Shown piece by piece: positions 18,530 through 27,887 of a stretch of 64,000 nt of DNA. The stretch's first letter is position 1, and each line of letters begins with the position of its first letter. This stretch comes from a virus, in the IMG/VR virus record IMGVR_UViG_3300046057_000051; one strand, 5' to 3'. The translations under genes were made by a program, and so were the position numbers. The notes beneath the pieces are model-generated. The model was given only the letters and a program-made list of their open reading frames with translations. It was not told the origin of the DNA and made no database searches.

Positions 18530-18850
18530 TCAGTGAAGTGCGCCCTCGTGGACGAAGATGCCGACCCGGTACAGGTGGCGTCCCGTCTCGCTGTCCATCT
18601 CCCCCAAATCCGTCACGCCCGTAATGTGCGTGTCGATATGCCCGACAGGCAGCCGCCGTATGACGATGTTCCGGGCGAGTTCGCCGAACTCCCCGGGGCC
18701 GTCGCGCGACTCGGGGTGGTCTGGGAACTCGAAGGTGTAGGTCCGGCCGTCGTGGCCGTCGTGCGTCGCGCCGCGTTTGCCCGCGTACTTGTGCGGCACC
18801 CCTTTGTCGGTGTACGTTTCATCGACAACCAGCCGGCCGTTCTCAGCCAT
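18530..18850 (-). CDS. Hypothetical protein
   Basis: MAENGRLVVDETY start at 18850, overlapping the stop of the upstream gene. Confidence 0.65.
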   Translation of the reverse strand: MAENGRLVVDETYTDKGVPHKYAGKRGATHDGHDGRTYTFEFPDHPESRDGPGEFGELARNIVIRRLPVGHIDTHITGVTDLGEMDSETGRHLYRVGIFVHEGALH

Positions 18851-19373
18851 CCGCGCCCTCCAGTCTGTCCGTCGCCCACTCGAACCACGACCGGCCCTGT
18901 TGGGGGAGCCAGTAGGCACACCACGCTTCGGGGTGGACGTATTCGCCGCCGAGTGGGTCGCCGTCCTGGCCGACGACGTTGCATGTCGCGCCGCGGGCGT
19001 TGACCTTCTCGCGGGCGTTGTAGAACCGGCAGGTCCGGCATTTGTACTCCCAGACGCCGAGCGGTAGCGGCGATTGCGGGAGGTAGTAGGAGTCGTACTT
19101 CGAGAACTTCCCCGTTTCGAGGCGGTTCGCTCGATTCCTGATGATTTCTTCGAGTCGTGACACACCCTGGTCGCCTTCGACGGCGTAACTGGCGACCGTC
19201 GCCGGGGGGACTGCGGGGGCGGTCGATAGCGATGTGAGTGATGGTTCGTCCGGGCCAATCGCCGCTGTGGCCGGGTTCCCGAGCGTCTCGGTGAGCGCGG
19301 GGAACACGCCACTGAGCCCCCGAGGGGTGGCGTTCGGGACGCGCGGCTCCACGTCACGTCTCCCTGCGTGCAT
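18843..19373 (-). CDS. Protein with a C-terminal HiPIP-like 4-Cys domain
   Basis: Y..KCRTCRFY...ATCNVVG...VHPEAWCAYW matches the HiPIP C-x2-C...C...V.P..WC..W pattern. Confidence 0.6.
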   Translation of the reverse strand: MHAGRRDVEPRVPNATPRGLSGVFPALTETLGNPATAAIGPDEPSLTSLSTAPAVPPATVASYAVEGDQGVSRLEEIIRNRANRLETGKFSKYDSYYLPQSPLPLGVWEYKCRTCRFYNAREKVNARGATCNVVGQDGDPLGGEYVHPEAWCAYWLPQQGRSWFEWATDRLEGADG

Positions 19374-19471
19374 ACCCGCAGTATTCCGTCCAGCGACATA
19401 GGATTAGGGGCTGTCGGCCGGTAGGCGGCCGTGACCCGGGCTTTTTGTGGAGCCGTGTGTAACGAGTCTGT

Positions 19472-21049
19472 ATGGTTAGTCTCGATGAGGAGACACGGGA
19501 GGTCCTCAATACCGAGTTCGCCCGGCGGCTGGAGAACCAGGGGGCGTCCCCGCTCGACGTGCTTGTCGAGACGGAGTTCGGCGAGGCAGAGGCCGTCGCG
19601 CAACGGCTACAGAACGTGCCCGGCGTCGAGTTGGCGACGCAGGGCGTCGTCGCCAGCGAGTTCGTCGCCACGACGATGCCCGGCGAAGCTCTGCCAACGG
19701 TCGCCCGGCTCAACGGCGTCACGCAGATACATCAGGACCAACTCGTCGGCGTGAAACAGTCGGGCGCGTCGCTTCCGCAGCTACCGTTCATGCGTCCATC
19801 GACCGACCCGGTTGCCTCGGCGCTCTCGACGGCGGTGTTCAATCTCGGCGGTGTCGAGGACAAGTACGTCGGCGAAGTCGGCGTTTCCCGCGTCGAGATT
19901 CCGCAGGTCACGCCGGCGCAACTCCCGCCTGGAGACCCGATGAAGGCGGCGGCGTCCGCGCTCGATAACGCCTTCAACCTTGGGCTCACCGGCGAGGAGT
20001 ACGTCCCGACCGGGAAATCGTATCAGTGGGTGCGTAATAGCGACATGCTGGACGCCCACGACGGGTCGAGCGCCAAAGTCGGCGTCATCGACACGGGCCA
20101 CACCGTCGTGCCGCCGGCGAACGACGAGCGGCAGCCGCGGCTGGAGAGCTACGTGCCCGGGGAAGGCCCGACGGATTTCATGGGGCACGGCACGTGGTGT
20201 ACGTACACGGCCGTCGGGATGCCGGCAGCCGGCCCGTGGGGGACCGTTCGCGGTGTCGCCGGCGGCTCGCCTTACGGCCACTTCAAGGCGCTGAACACGT
20301 TCCCCGGGTTCGGGAAAACGTCGTGGATACTCGCCGCGATGGAAGCCGCACTCGACTGGGGTGCGGACGTGATTTCCATGTCGCTGGGCGGCGACCAGCA
20401 GGGCCCGCTGGACGAGGACCCATACGCGAAGTTCATCCGCCGCCGCTGTAAGGAGAACGCCGGGGAGGACGCCGGCGCTATCTTCGTCGTCGCGGCCGGT
20501 AACGCCGGCCCCGACAAGTGGACCATCGGCTCACCGGGTGTCGCCGAGAAGGCGCTCACTGTCGGTGCGTGGTCGCTGAAGGATGGGTCGCCGTCGTACT
20601 ATTCGTCGCGCGGCCCGCAGGGCGACTGGTACGAGAAGAACCGTGGTGAGTTCGAGGACGACGCGAACAGGTACAACACGTCGGAGTTCATCAAGCCGGA
20701 CGTGGCCGCGCCGGGAGGGGGCCGGAAAACGAAGGCCGACAGCGACGACGAGGGCGAACTCTTACACCAGATGTCTACGGGGTGGGCTGAGGGGTTGTAC
20801 GACGGTCTGAAGGATGCTCGTGGGAACATGAAGGGGACGAGTATGGCGACGCCTCACGTCGCGGGGCTCGTCGCGCGCCTGTTCGACGCCGGTATCATCA
20901 AGAGCGCGAAGGAACTCAAGCGCGTGACCGAGCGGAACAGCGAGCCCGGCTACCACCCCACGGCTGCTCCGGGCGCAAACGAGGAGGCCAAGGGCAAGAA
21001 TATTACTGTCGGGCATGGGCCAATCAGGGAGAGCGTGTTCAGTCCGTAG
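19472..21049 (+). CDS. S8 subtilisin-family serine protease
   Basis: VGVIDTG (Asp), GHGTWC (His), VAAGNAG (oxyanion Asn), GTSMATPHVAG (Ser); N-terminal propeptide-like region; no obvious signal peptide. Confidence 0.95.
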   Translation: MVSLDEETREVLNTEFARRLENQGASPLDVLVETEFGEAEAVAQRLQNVPGVELATQGVVASEFVATTMPGEALPTVARLNGVTQIHQDQLVGVKQSGASLPQLPFMRPSTDPVASALSTAVFNLGGVEDKYVGEVGVSRVEIPQVTPAQLPPGDPMKAAASALDNAFNLGLTGEEYVPTGKSYQWVRNSDMLDAHDGSSAKVGVIDTGHTVVPPANDERQPRLESYVPGEGPTDFMGHGTWCTYTAVGMPAAGPWGTVRGVAGGSPYGHFKALNTFPGFGKTSWILAAMEAALDWGADVISMSLGGDQQGPLDEDPYAKFIRRRCKENAGEDAGAIFVVAAGNAGPDKWTIGSPGVAEKALTVGAWSLKDGSPSYYSSRGPQGDWYEKNRGEFEDDANRYNTSEFIKPDVAAPGGGRKTKADSDDEGELLHQMSTGWAEGLYDGLKDARGNMKGTSMATPHVAGLVARLFDAGIIKSAKELKRVTERNSEPGYHPTAAPGANEEAKGKNITVGHGPIRESVFSP

Positions 21050-21098
21050 CCGAGGACGCCCCCGGAGTTTAACTTCATATAGGGAGTAGCGGCTGGTA

Positions 21099-21437
21099 AT
21101 GGCGGACAAGAGCCCAATCGACAAACTCGTCGAATCGAGGCCGGACCTGGAGGAGAAAATCGACCACGACGGACTCTCCCGCGTCCTCACGGAGCCAGAG
21201 CAGGAGGCGCTACACGAAGCCCTCGCTGCGGACGCGGTGGATGCGGCACCGTTCGTCGGCGACATCCTCGCGCTCCACCGCCGCGAATTGGCGACACAAC
21301 GCGACCAGGAGTACCCCACGCGGCCGGCGTTCCTCGAAAACGTCATCAGCGACCTCCCGCCGCCGCTGGACACTGCTGGCGACATCGTCCTCTCGCAGAA
21401 CACGCTCAAGTACCTCGAAGAACGCGGAGGTCGATAA
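21099..21437 (+). CDS. Hypothetical protein
   Basis: 112 aa; TTCATATA box about 25 nt upstream. Confidence 0.75.
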   Translation: MADKSPIDKLVESRPDLEEKIDHDGLSRVLTEPEQEALHEALAADAVDAAPFVGDILALHRRELATQRDQEYPTRPAFLENVISDLPPPLDTAGDIVLSQNTLKYLEERGGR

Positions 21438-21440
21438 CTG

Positions 21441-21827
21441 ATGAGCGCGTCGGGCGGGCCGACGGCCGACGACCTCCAGCAAGAGTTCCCCATCTCGTCG
21501 GAGGAGGCTCAGGCCATCGCCGACGCGATGGACCCGATTCAGAACATCGCCACGATGGGGTCGGCGCTGGGCTCGGGACTGGAGCAGGCCCCGGGTTCGG
21601 GGACCAGTCTCGCGGGCGCCGTCCTCCAGAACATGTCAACCCAGGTGGACCTTGCCAGCGTGTCCGCGGAGACGCTCGCGCGAGCGATTACGTTCTACAT
21701 CGAGGCACAACAGGAATCCATCGAGACGCTGTTCCCGCCGCCGCACGTCGCCGTCCAGCAGTTCGGCGAGGACATGGAGCCGCTCGTCGAACTACTCAGC
21801 GAGCCGGCTGTCGGGGAGTCGCTATGA
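21441..21827 (+). CDS. Hypothetical protein
   Basis: 128 aa acidic ORF, GGAGGT SD. Confidence 0.75.
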   Translation: MSASGGPTADDLQQEFPISSEEAQAIADAMDPIQNIATMGSALGSGLEQAPGSGTSLAGAVLQNMSTQVDLASVSAETLARAITFYIEAQQESIETLFPPPHVAVQQFGEDMEPLVELLSEPAVGESL

Positions 21828-22837
21828 GGAACTGGGTGCGTCGCTACATCGCGTTACTCCGGGCTGTATGGCCGGGCGGCGGTGGCGGCGACAAGTCCCC
21901 ACCCTCCGACGGCCCGGACAGCCCGTCGGACGGCGAACCACCGCCGGACGACCCGAGCGAGCAGCCGCCGGATGACAATGGTCCGCCCGACGACGCTCCA
22001 TCGGAGCCGCCACCAGACGAGCCGCCGTCGGAGGAGCCGCCGCCCGACGAGCCGCCATCGGAGGGCCCGGGGGGTGAGGAGCCGCCGTCGGAGACCCCGC
22101 CGCCGGAGCCCGACGACCCCTCTGACGGTGGGGACGACGACGAGATAGACGTGGAGTGGCCGCCGTTCGTCGGAGACGACATCATCCCGTGGCCGGAACC
22201 GCCGGAATCCCCGGACGCGACCATCGAGATTCGGCTGTATTGGCCCGAGGAGAAACCGTGGGCCGAGACGGCGTGTCACCAGTCCAAGAAGTACGTAAGG
22301 TACTGTCTGCTGGATGCGTTCGCGTCCGAGGGCTACGGCGTGGACGTGGCGGTCCACCCGACACCCATCCCGGAGGGGCTGACCTACGACGAGTTCGGCT
22401 CCTGGTATTGGCAAAATGACGTGATGGCCAAAGACGCCAACGTCGCCCTAAGACGGTACGGCCCCGAGTACGGCGCGGGCGTCGGCTACGGGTGTTGGGT
22501 GGACCCGGTCTTTTTCGAGGAGTGGGGGCGGGACCCGGCGGACAGGATTAAGAACGTCGGCGGGGACGGTGATTTCAATGGACCTACTGCCGGAATAATC
22601 ACGATATTGCACGAAATCGGGCACTGCCTGGGCTACGAGCATCTCGATAGGGTCGGTAACGAGGTCGAGAGGTGGGGTCATGATAGAACGACCCCGATGA
22701 ACGCGGGGTACGAAAATGTCACTCGAACGAGATACGTCTACGAGTACCACCCGAAACTCACAATGCCGAAAGTCCAGTGGGCAACGACCCCCAACACTAT
22801 ATTCCTCGAACACGGACGTGGGGATACAGATGCCTGA
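21824..22837 (+). CDS. Metzincin-like zinc metalloprotease with a Pro-rich N-terminal linker
   Basis: HEIGHCLGYEH (HExxHxxGxxH), downstream TPMN Met-turn candidate; PP(D/S)E repeats. Confidence 0.8.
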   Translation: MRNWVRRYIALLRAVWPGGGGGDKSPPSDGPDSPSDGEPPPDDPSEQPPDDNGPPDDAPSEPPPDEPPSEEPPPDEPPSEGPGGEEPPSETPPPEPDDPSDGGDDDEIDVEWPPFVGDDIIPWPEPPESPDATIEIRLYWPEEKPWAETACHQSKKYVRYCLLDAFASEGYGVDVAVHPTPIPEGLTYDEFGSWYWQNDVMAKDANVALRRYGPEYGAGVGYGCWVDPVFFEEWGRDPADRIKNVGGDGDFNGPTAGIITILHEIGHCLGYEHLDRVGNEVERWGHDRTTPMNAGYENVTRTRYVYEYHPKLTMPKVQWATTPNTIFLEHGRGDTDA

Positions 22838-23012
22838 CGTACCAAAACCCGACTTCGGTCAACTCGGCGACTTCGGTGACGACCTCGGCGTGCTGGAGGA
22901 GTTGGAGCCGGAGGTAGTCGATGGCCCGCTCGGTCTCCCGCTCGTCAAGCCGAAAGGCGCCCCGGAGCCGCCGGACGTGATGGACGGCGGCAACCCTCTC
23001 GACCGCTCCTAA
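22830..23012 (+). CDS. 60-aa Pro-rich protein
   Basis: MPDVPKPDFGQLG..., overlaps the protease stop codon. Confidence 0.55.
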   Translation: MPDVPKPDFGQLGDFGDDLGVLEELEPEVVDGPLGLPLVKPKGAPEPPDVMDGGNPLDRS

Positions 23013-23103
23013 CCGGGACCGCTTCGACCGGATACGCCGTTTGTCTTGCTCCTCGACCAACCTAAAGTGCCTTTAGCGTCGAGCCCGAACCCCCGGGTAT
23101 AGT

Positions 23104-23571
23104 ATGGCAACGGGAGACGAGCGTGACGGCGGCGGCGGTAGTGGCGGGCCGCTACCGATGCCGCCTGGGTTGACGACTGCATCGTTCGGGCCGTTCGGCG
23201 TGCCGGTCCCGGTTCCCGAGATGGACGCCGCCGACGCCGGGGACGGCGCGTCCGACGGTGGCGGCGCGCCGGACCCGGCGGGGGACGTGCCGGAGAACGG
23301 GGACTCGGAGGGGGTGGAGCGGCTCCGTGAGACGGCCGAGGTGGGTGAGGCGTACATCGACCGCGTCGAGGAGGCGATGGGCGACGAGGCGTGTGCGTTC
23401 TGTAAAGGCATCCTCCAGCAGCTACGGGGCCGGCCGATGGACGAGCAAGTACAGGGGGTGCGGGAGTTGGCGACGCTCAAGGAGGAGATGCAGTCGGACC
23501 CCGATGAGGACCGTATCCGGGAGGTACTGGACGGGTTCGAGGCAATCGACGTGGAGAGCCAGTTCGTCTGA
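23104..23571 (+). CDS. Hypothetical protein with CxxC
   Basis: 155 aa; Pro/Gly-rich N-terminus, CAFC, helical C-terminus. Confidence 0.7.
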   Translation: MATGDERDGGGGSGGPLPMPPGLTTASFGPFGVPVPVPEMDAADAGDGASDGGGAPDPAGDVPENGDSEGVERLRETAEVGEAYIDRVEEAMGDEACAFCKGILQQLRGRPMDEQVQGVRELATLKEEMQSDPDEDRIREVLDGFEAIDVESQFV

Positions 23572-23580
23572 CGCGCGGGG

Positions 23581-24480
23581 CTACTGGTTGGCCCAGTCGG
23601 GGACCTCGATGCCGACCATCCGCGCGTACCTGTTCGTCATGCTTGGATGCTGGTGTCTGGAGCGGCGGTACACTTGGCCGAACACGTCACCGTCGGGGTC
23701 CATGTCCTCGAACTCGTGAGGGTTCTCCAGTCGGTGGAGGATGGGTGTGTGGCGGCCGAACGAGTGAACGCCGGCCTCGTGGTGGTTCCGACGGAAGTGC
23801 GTAGACCACGATTCGGGCTTCCAACCGTTCCCGTAGGTGTTGGTGAACACGACATCATTGGGGTCGCGCTCCCGGATGAGGCGGTCCAGGTGGCTCATCG
23901 CCCTGCTCCCGACCGAGAGGCGAGCCGGGTGGCCGCCCTTGACGGTTCGGACGTAGAGGGTGTCCGCCCCACGGTCGATGTCCTCCCGTCTGATAGCCGT
24001 CAGTTCGGCCGCACGGAGGATGCAGTCGTAGGTGATGGCGAGGGCGGCGGCACAGCACGGGCAGTCGCACGCGGCCGGTGCGTTCTCGATGGCGCGGTCT
24101 ACGTCGTCCGTCGAGAGGTAGTTCGGCGCGAAGGGGTCCGGCTCGCCGGAGACCATGTTCTGTACCTCCTCGGGGACTTCGCGGTCGTAGTTGAGACGGT
24201 ACCAGAGCTTGACGGCCGACAGCGCAACTCGGCGGGAGCGGTACGCATAGCTGTCGGGCGGCTGTCGGCCGCGGCCGTTGACCCACGGGTAGTCGGGGAG
24301 GTCGCTGTCGGCGAGCATCTGGTCGAAGTCGTAGAGCCAGCCGGTTTCGGGGTCGCCGCCGGGCCGCCACATCTCGAAGCGACGAATCCAGAGTTGGTAC
24401 ATGTCATACGTCTTGTCGCCGATGCGCGTCCCGACGACCCGGTTCTCGAACGTGTCGAGCGCGTCGTCAACTGCTGACAT
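23581..24480 (-). CDS. Tyrosine recombinase (XerA/integrase family)
   Basis: ILRAAEL (Arg), VKGG (Lys), HSFGRH (His/Arg), RHQHPSMTNRY (His/Tyr); 299 aa. Confidence 0.9.
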   Translation of the reverse strand: MSAVDDALDTFENRVVGTRIGDKTYDMYQLWIRRFEMWRPGGDPETGWLYDFDQMLADSDLPDYPWVNGRGRQPPDSYAYRSRRVALSAVKLWYRLNYDREVPEEVQNMVSGEPDPFAPNYLSTDDVDRAIENAPAACDCPCCAAALAITYDCILRAAELTAIRREDIDRGADTLYVRTVKGGHPARLSVGSRAMSHLDRLIRERDPNDVVFTNTYGNGWKPESWSTHFRRNHHEAGVHSFGRHTPILHRLENPHEFEDMDPDGDVFGQVYRRSRHQHPSMTNRYARMVGIEVPDWANQ

Positions 24481-24515
24481 AGTTTTAGTTCAATGCTGCG
24501 GCGGTATAAGATTCA

Positions 24516-24887
24516 TCACCCGCTGTCGGCCGGGACGGTCGATGCGTCGTGGAGGACGACGATGGGGTTGCCCTCGGCGGTCCAGGACGTGACCGACTCG
24601 ACGTACTCGTAGTTCCCCAACCCTTTCACGCCGTCGCGCGAGACGGCCTGTGCGTCGTCGTCGTTCAACTCCTGGAACGGTAACACCACGATGACGGCCG
24701 CCGGGGCTTCGGTGTGAAACATGGAAATCACCGAGCCGCGGTCGGATGGACTGGCGGTGAAGTCGCAGGCGTCGGCCAGCCCTTGCTCGATGTTGGCTCG
24801 CTCCTCGTGGCTGAGTTCCCGTCCTCCGAGGACGGTGAACCCGACGATGTGGTAGGCAGCGAGCCTGAAATCGTCCTTCATCATCAC
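24516..24887 (-). CDS. Hypothetical protein
   Basis: 123 aa ORF upstream of and co-oriented with the recombinase. Confidence 0.7.
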   Translation of the reverse strand: MMMKDDFRLAAYHIVGFTVLGGRELSHEERANIEQGLADACDFTASPSDRGSVISMFHTEAPAAVIVVLPFQELNDDDAQAVSRDGVKGLGNYEYVESVTSWTAEGNPIVVLHDASTVPADSG

Positions 24888-24932
24888 AACGCAATCAATC
24901 GTCTCGGCGTCACCACCCCCTGGCGGACTGGG

Positions 24933-25640
24933 TCACTCCGATTTTGGTGTGCTGTGCGTGAAGCTCGGTGAGTCGTCGCTGTCGGTGTGGCCGCCGTCGA
25001 ACAGGATGCAGGCTTTGATGTGTTCGGCCGGTGGGGCGGTGTTCATCGAGACGCTGGCGGGGTCTGCCTCCCGGGCCTTCGCCTGAAGGTTGAGGCGTCT
25101 CTCGACCGCTCTGATGCTGTCGTCGGTCGCACATGCGACGGCGCCGATTTCTTCGGTGCCGAAGGCGTGGCGCGTCTGGGCTTCGGCGTCGTCCCCGTGG
25201 CGCTGCATCTTCGCTACGTCGCCTTCGAGGATGGCGTCGCCCACCATGTCTTTCGACGTGTCGAGGCTTTCTGCGGCCCCCTCGTCGTCGAGCGTGGTTG
25301 ATTCGCCGACCTCGATGAGTTCGTCGTACAGGGTGAGGTAGGTGTCGGCGATGTCGCTCCGGTGGGTGTCGCTGGCGTCGGCGATGGCCTGGGCGTGTGT
25401 CTGGACTGCCCGGGACGCCAGTTGCATCGCGCGCGCGCACTCTCGCCGTCTACGGTCGCCGTCGAACAGTTCTCTCGCGTGGTCGAGGACATCCTGGGTC
25501 TCCGGCGATGGCATGCTCCCGGATAGATTTTCGAGGCGCTTAGAACTTCGCCCGTTCGGTAGCCCCATCTCCCGGCGTCGTACATGGCCGCTGGAGGCGT
25601 ATTCCGGTGGTTCGCCGCCCTCGGCGACCGGCGGTAGCAT
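24933..25640 (-). CDS. Hypothetical helical protein (true start uncertain, possibly 25568 or further downstream)
   Basis: Acidic helical core of a 235 aa ORF. Confidence 0.6.
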   Translation of the reverse strand: MLPPVAEGGEPPEYASSGHVRRREMGLPNGRSSKRLENLSGSMPSPETQDVLDHARELFDGDRRRRECARAMQLASRAVQTHAQAIADASDTHRSDIADTYLTLYDELIEVGESTTLDDEGAAESLDTSKDMVGDAILEGDVAKMQRHGDDAEAQTRHAFGTEEIGAVACATDDSIRAVERRLNLQAKAREADPASVSMNTAPPAEHIKACILFDGGHTDSDDSPSFTHSTPKSE

Positions 25641-25946
25641 ATAAACCCCGTTCCGGCCGTGTACGCTACGGCGGAAGTATACGCCCTTCTACCAGGACGC
25701 CGACACACCGGGCCTGATTTAGCACCACCCTACGGGAGTGGCGTATAGCTGATGAGTCGTCCGTCCAATTGAGAGCTATCGGTTTCCTGACCGGAGTCCG
25801 GTTCAGCGCCGGTTCGGGACCAGTCGGCTCGGGGCGAGTTATCGCCGGAAAACCTCCGGAAAACCGCCGGAAAGCGGCGCGGCCGGCCACGCGCGGAGTA
25901 TATCTCATACGCTCCGGCCGGCGCCGGCGCCGACCCCCGGCCGCCG

Positions 25947-25974
25947 GAGACCTATAATCATAGTTATAGGTCAC
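25947..25974. other. dif-like tyrosine-recombinase core site (11-6-11)
   Basis: GAGACCTATAA-TCATAG-TTATAGGTCAC: arms match at 10 of 11 positions as inverted repeats, with ATAA-N6-TTAT centre, in AT-poor non-coding DNA 1.5 kb from the recombinase. Confidence 0.75.
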
Positions 25975-27090
25975 AAAGCGCCCGAAATTCGGCCGTTGAG
26001 GGGTCTCAGACACCGAAATTCTCTTAACGAAACCTTTATGACTCTCCCGCCCCAACGTGGGGCTATCCCCCCTGTTGTGGGGCGGGTTCCCGGCGCTGGG
26101 GTATCCAGGCACGGGCCACCCGGCGTGGCGCCGGCCTGCGGTTGGCCGGTGGCGTCGGGCGGCGGCGCCCGTACAAGCGCCCCCCTCCGCGAGCGCGGGA
26201 ACGGGGCGTGTGAGGCCCCACGGCTCCGACCTTACCGCCTACCCCCGGTCGCACCGGGGAGACTTAGATGTAAACTCGGAAATAGCGTCCGGCGCGAGGG
26301 CTCCCCCTCGCGCGCCACGGCATTGGCCGAACGCGCCCGGCGGGATTACGCCCGTTTACGAGACGCTCCGGCCCGTAGCACACGCGACGGTGGTCGCGGA
26401 TAGGTGTGAGGGCGACGGGGCCGCGCGGCGCGAAGTCGTGCGGCCAATGTGTCCGTCGCCGGACGGGTCCAATCGGCCCCCCTTCTCGGGGGCTGCCAAT
26501 GCCCCAAACGGCGGGCGGGCGAGTCCCCCGGCGGGGTCCGGGCAACCCAAACCCCGCGTAATTGATAACCGGGAGACTCCCCGGGGAACGGCCCCGTGAC
26601 CCGAAGCGCCCGGGTGCGAGAATACGGCGCTCCGCCGGATACGGCGGCACGGCCCCACGCCCCGATTAAGGGTGAGACCCCTGAGCGTACATGGCGGTGG
26701 GGGCCAATGGTATCCCCGCGAGTCCGACAAACTCCGCCCCGCGACCGGCGCGGGGCGCGGAGGGGCGCGGGAGTACCCCGGACCCGGCGCTGGCGCCGGT
26801 CAGTTCGCCAGCACGGCCTACCAGCCGACGAGTGGTTTTCGGCGTCCCCGGAAGGGGCTATTAGGGCACGCGACCCCGGCATAGCGCCGGGGCGCGAGGA
26901 ATTTCACGGCTATGGCACCGCACCCGACGCGAGCGCGCGAATGACGGTCGCGCCCCGGTCGGCATAGCCCGACCCGGCAGGGGCGGCGGCGACAAGCTGC
27001 CGTCCCCACCGGCCATAGAAGGCATCAGCCATTACCAGATAGACGTACCCGAGAGTAAACAGCACCGTGGATACATCGGCCCGCTGCACG

Positions 27091-27100
27091 GGGATATAAG
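27091..27100 (+). promoter_or_regulatory. Putative TATA box driving the gene array
   Basis: GGGATATAAG about 25 nt upstream of the first hairpin at 27124; archaeal TATA-to-TSS spacing. Confidence 0.5.
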
Positions 27101-27221
27101 AGCCACCATCAGCCACGCGCACCGGCCCGAGAGGGCCGCCGTGGGCAACCAGCGAACACACCCACATTCGCATCGCGGCTTTCGACCACCCACCGGCCCC
27201 GAGAGGGGTGTGGCCCCGGCT

Positions 27222-27614
27222 ATGAACGCCGACAGTCTACCCGTCCCGAGCTTCGGGACTGCGACCGACGACGGAACCGTACAAGAGCGGTCCGGCTACC
27301 ACCAGCCCGGTAACAACGGCCCCGCGACCAAGAGCTGTACGTGTGCCCGCACGACCGAGAAGGGCGCCTACCGTGACGTGCGGGTCGAGTACGACGGCGC
27401 GACCGTCCACTTCTACCACCAGTCGCCGGTGGTCGTCGTGGAGGGCCGCACGCGCCGGCTTGACAGTCACGGCTACCGGACCCGGACCACAAAAGACCGC
27501 ATTAACCGCTACCTTCCCGACGGGTACGAGGTGTACCAGGAGGAGTACGAGTGGTACCTGGAGACGCCGAGCGGCGAGCGGGAGTTCACGGACGGCATGA
27601 CCGTCACGGTCTAA
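27222..27614 (+). CDS. Array ORF 1, hypothetical
   Basis: ATG follows the hairpin motif; FYHQSPVV...GYRTRTTKDRINRY. Confidence 0.8.
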   Translation: MNADSLPVPSFGTATDDGTVQERSGYHQPGNNGPATKSCTCARTTEKGAYRDVRVEYDGATVHFYHQSPVVVVEGRTRRLDSHGYRTRTTKDRINRYLPDGYEVYQEEYEWYLETPSGEREFTDGMTVTV

Positions 27615-27664
27615 CCGTCCCCGCAACCCCCCATATCGGCCCCGAGAGGGGCGTGACTCCAGCG

Positions 27665-27838
27665 ATGAGCGCCAACGACTACGAGGACAGCCTCGCATGC
27701 AAACGGTGTAACGAACCCCGACCACCCGGCCCCGAGCTATGCCCGAGGTGCGAGGACCTACAGGCGGCGCGGACGGCCCCCGGAAACCCGGAGCCGGTCA
27801 TGCACCACAACCCGCCGCACGGCAACACGACCCGGTAG
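27665..27838 (+). CDS. Array ORF 2, Zn-finger micro-protein
   Basis: CKRC...CPRC; ATG 8 nt after GTGA. Confidence 0.75.
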   Translation: MSANDYEDSLACKRCNEPRPPGPELCPRCEDLQAARTAPGNPEPVMHHNPPHGNTTR

Positions 27839-27887
27839 CCGGTCGCCGGCTACCACTCCCGGCCCCGAGAGGGGCGTGACTCCGGCT

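Noticed and set aside
25666-27173. ORFs in the leader region
   Set aside because: All are Arg/Pro/Gly/Ala-rich, lack the acidic signature and have no convincing RBS.
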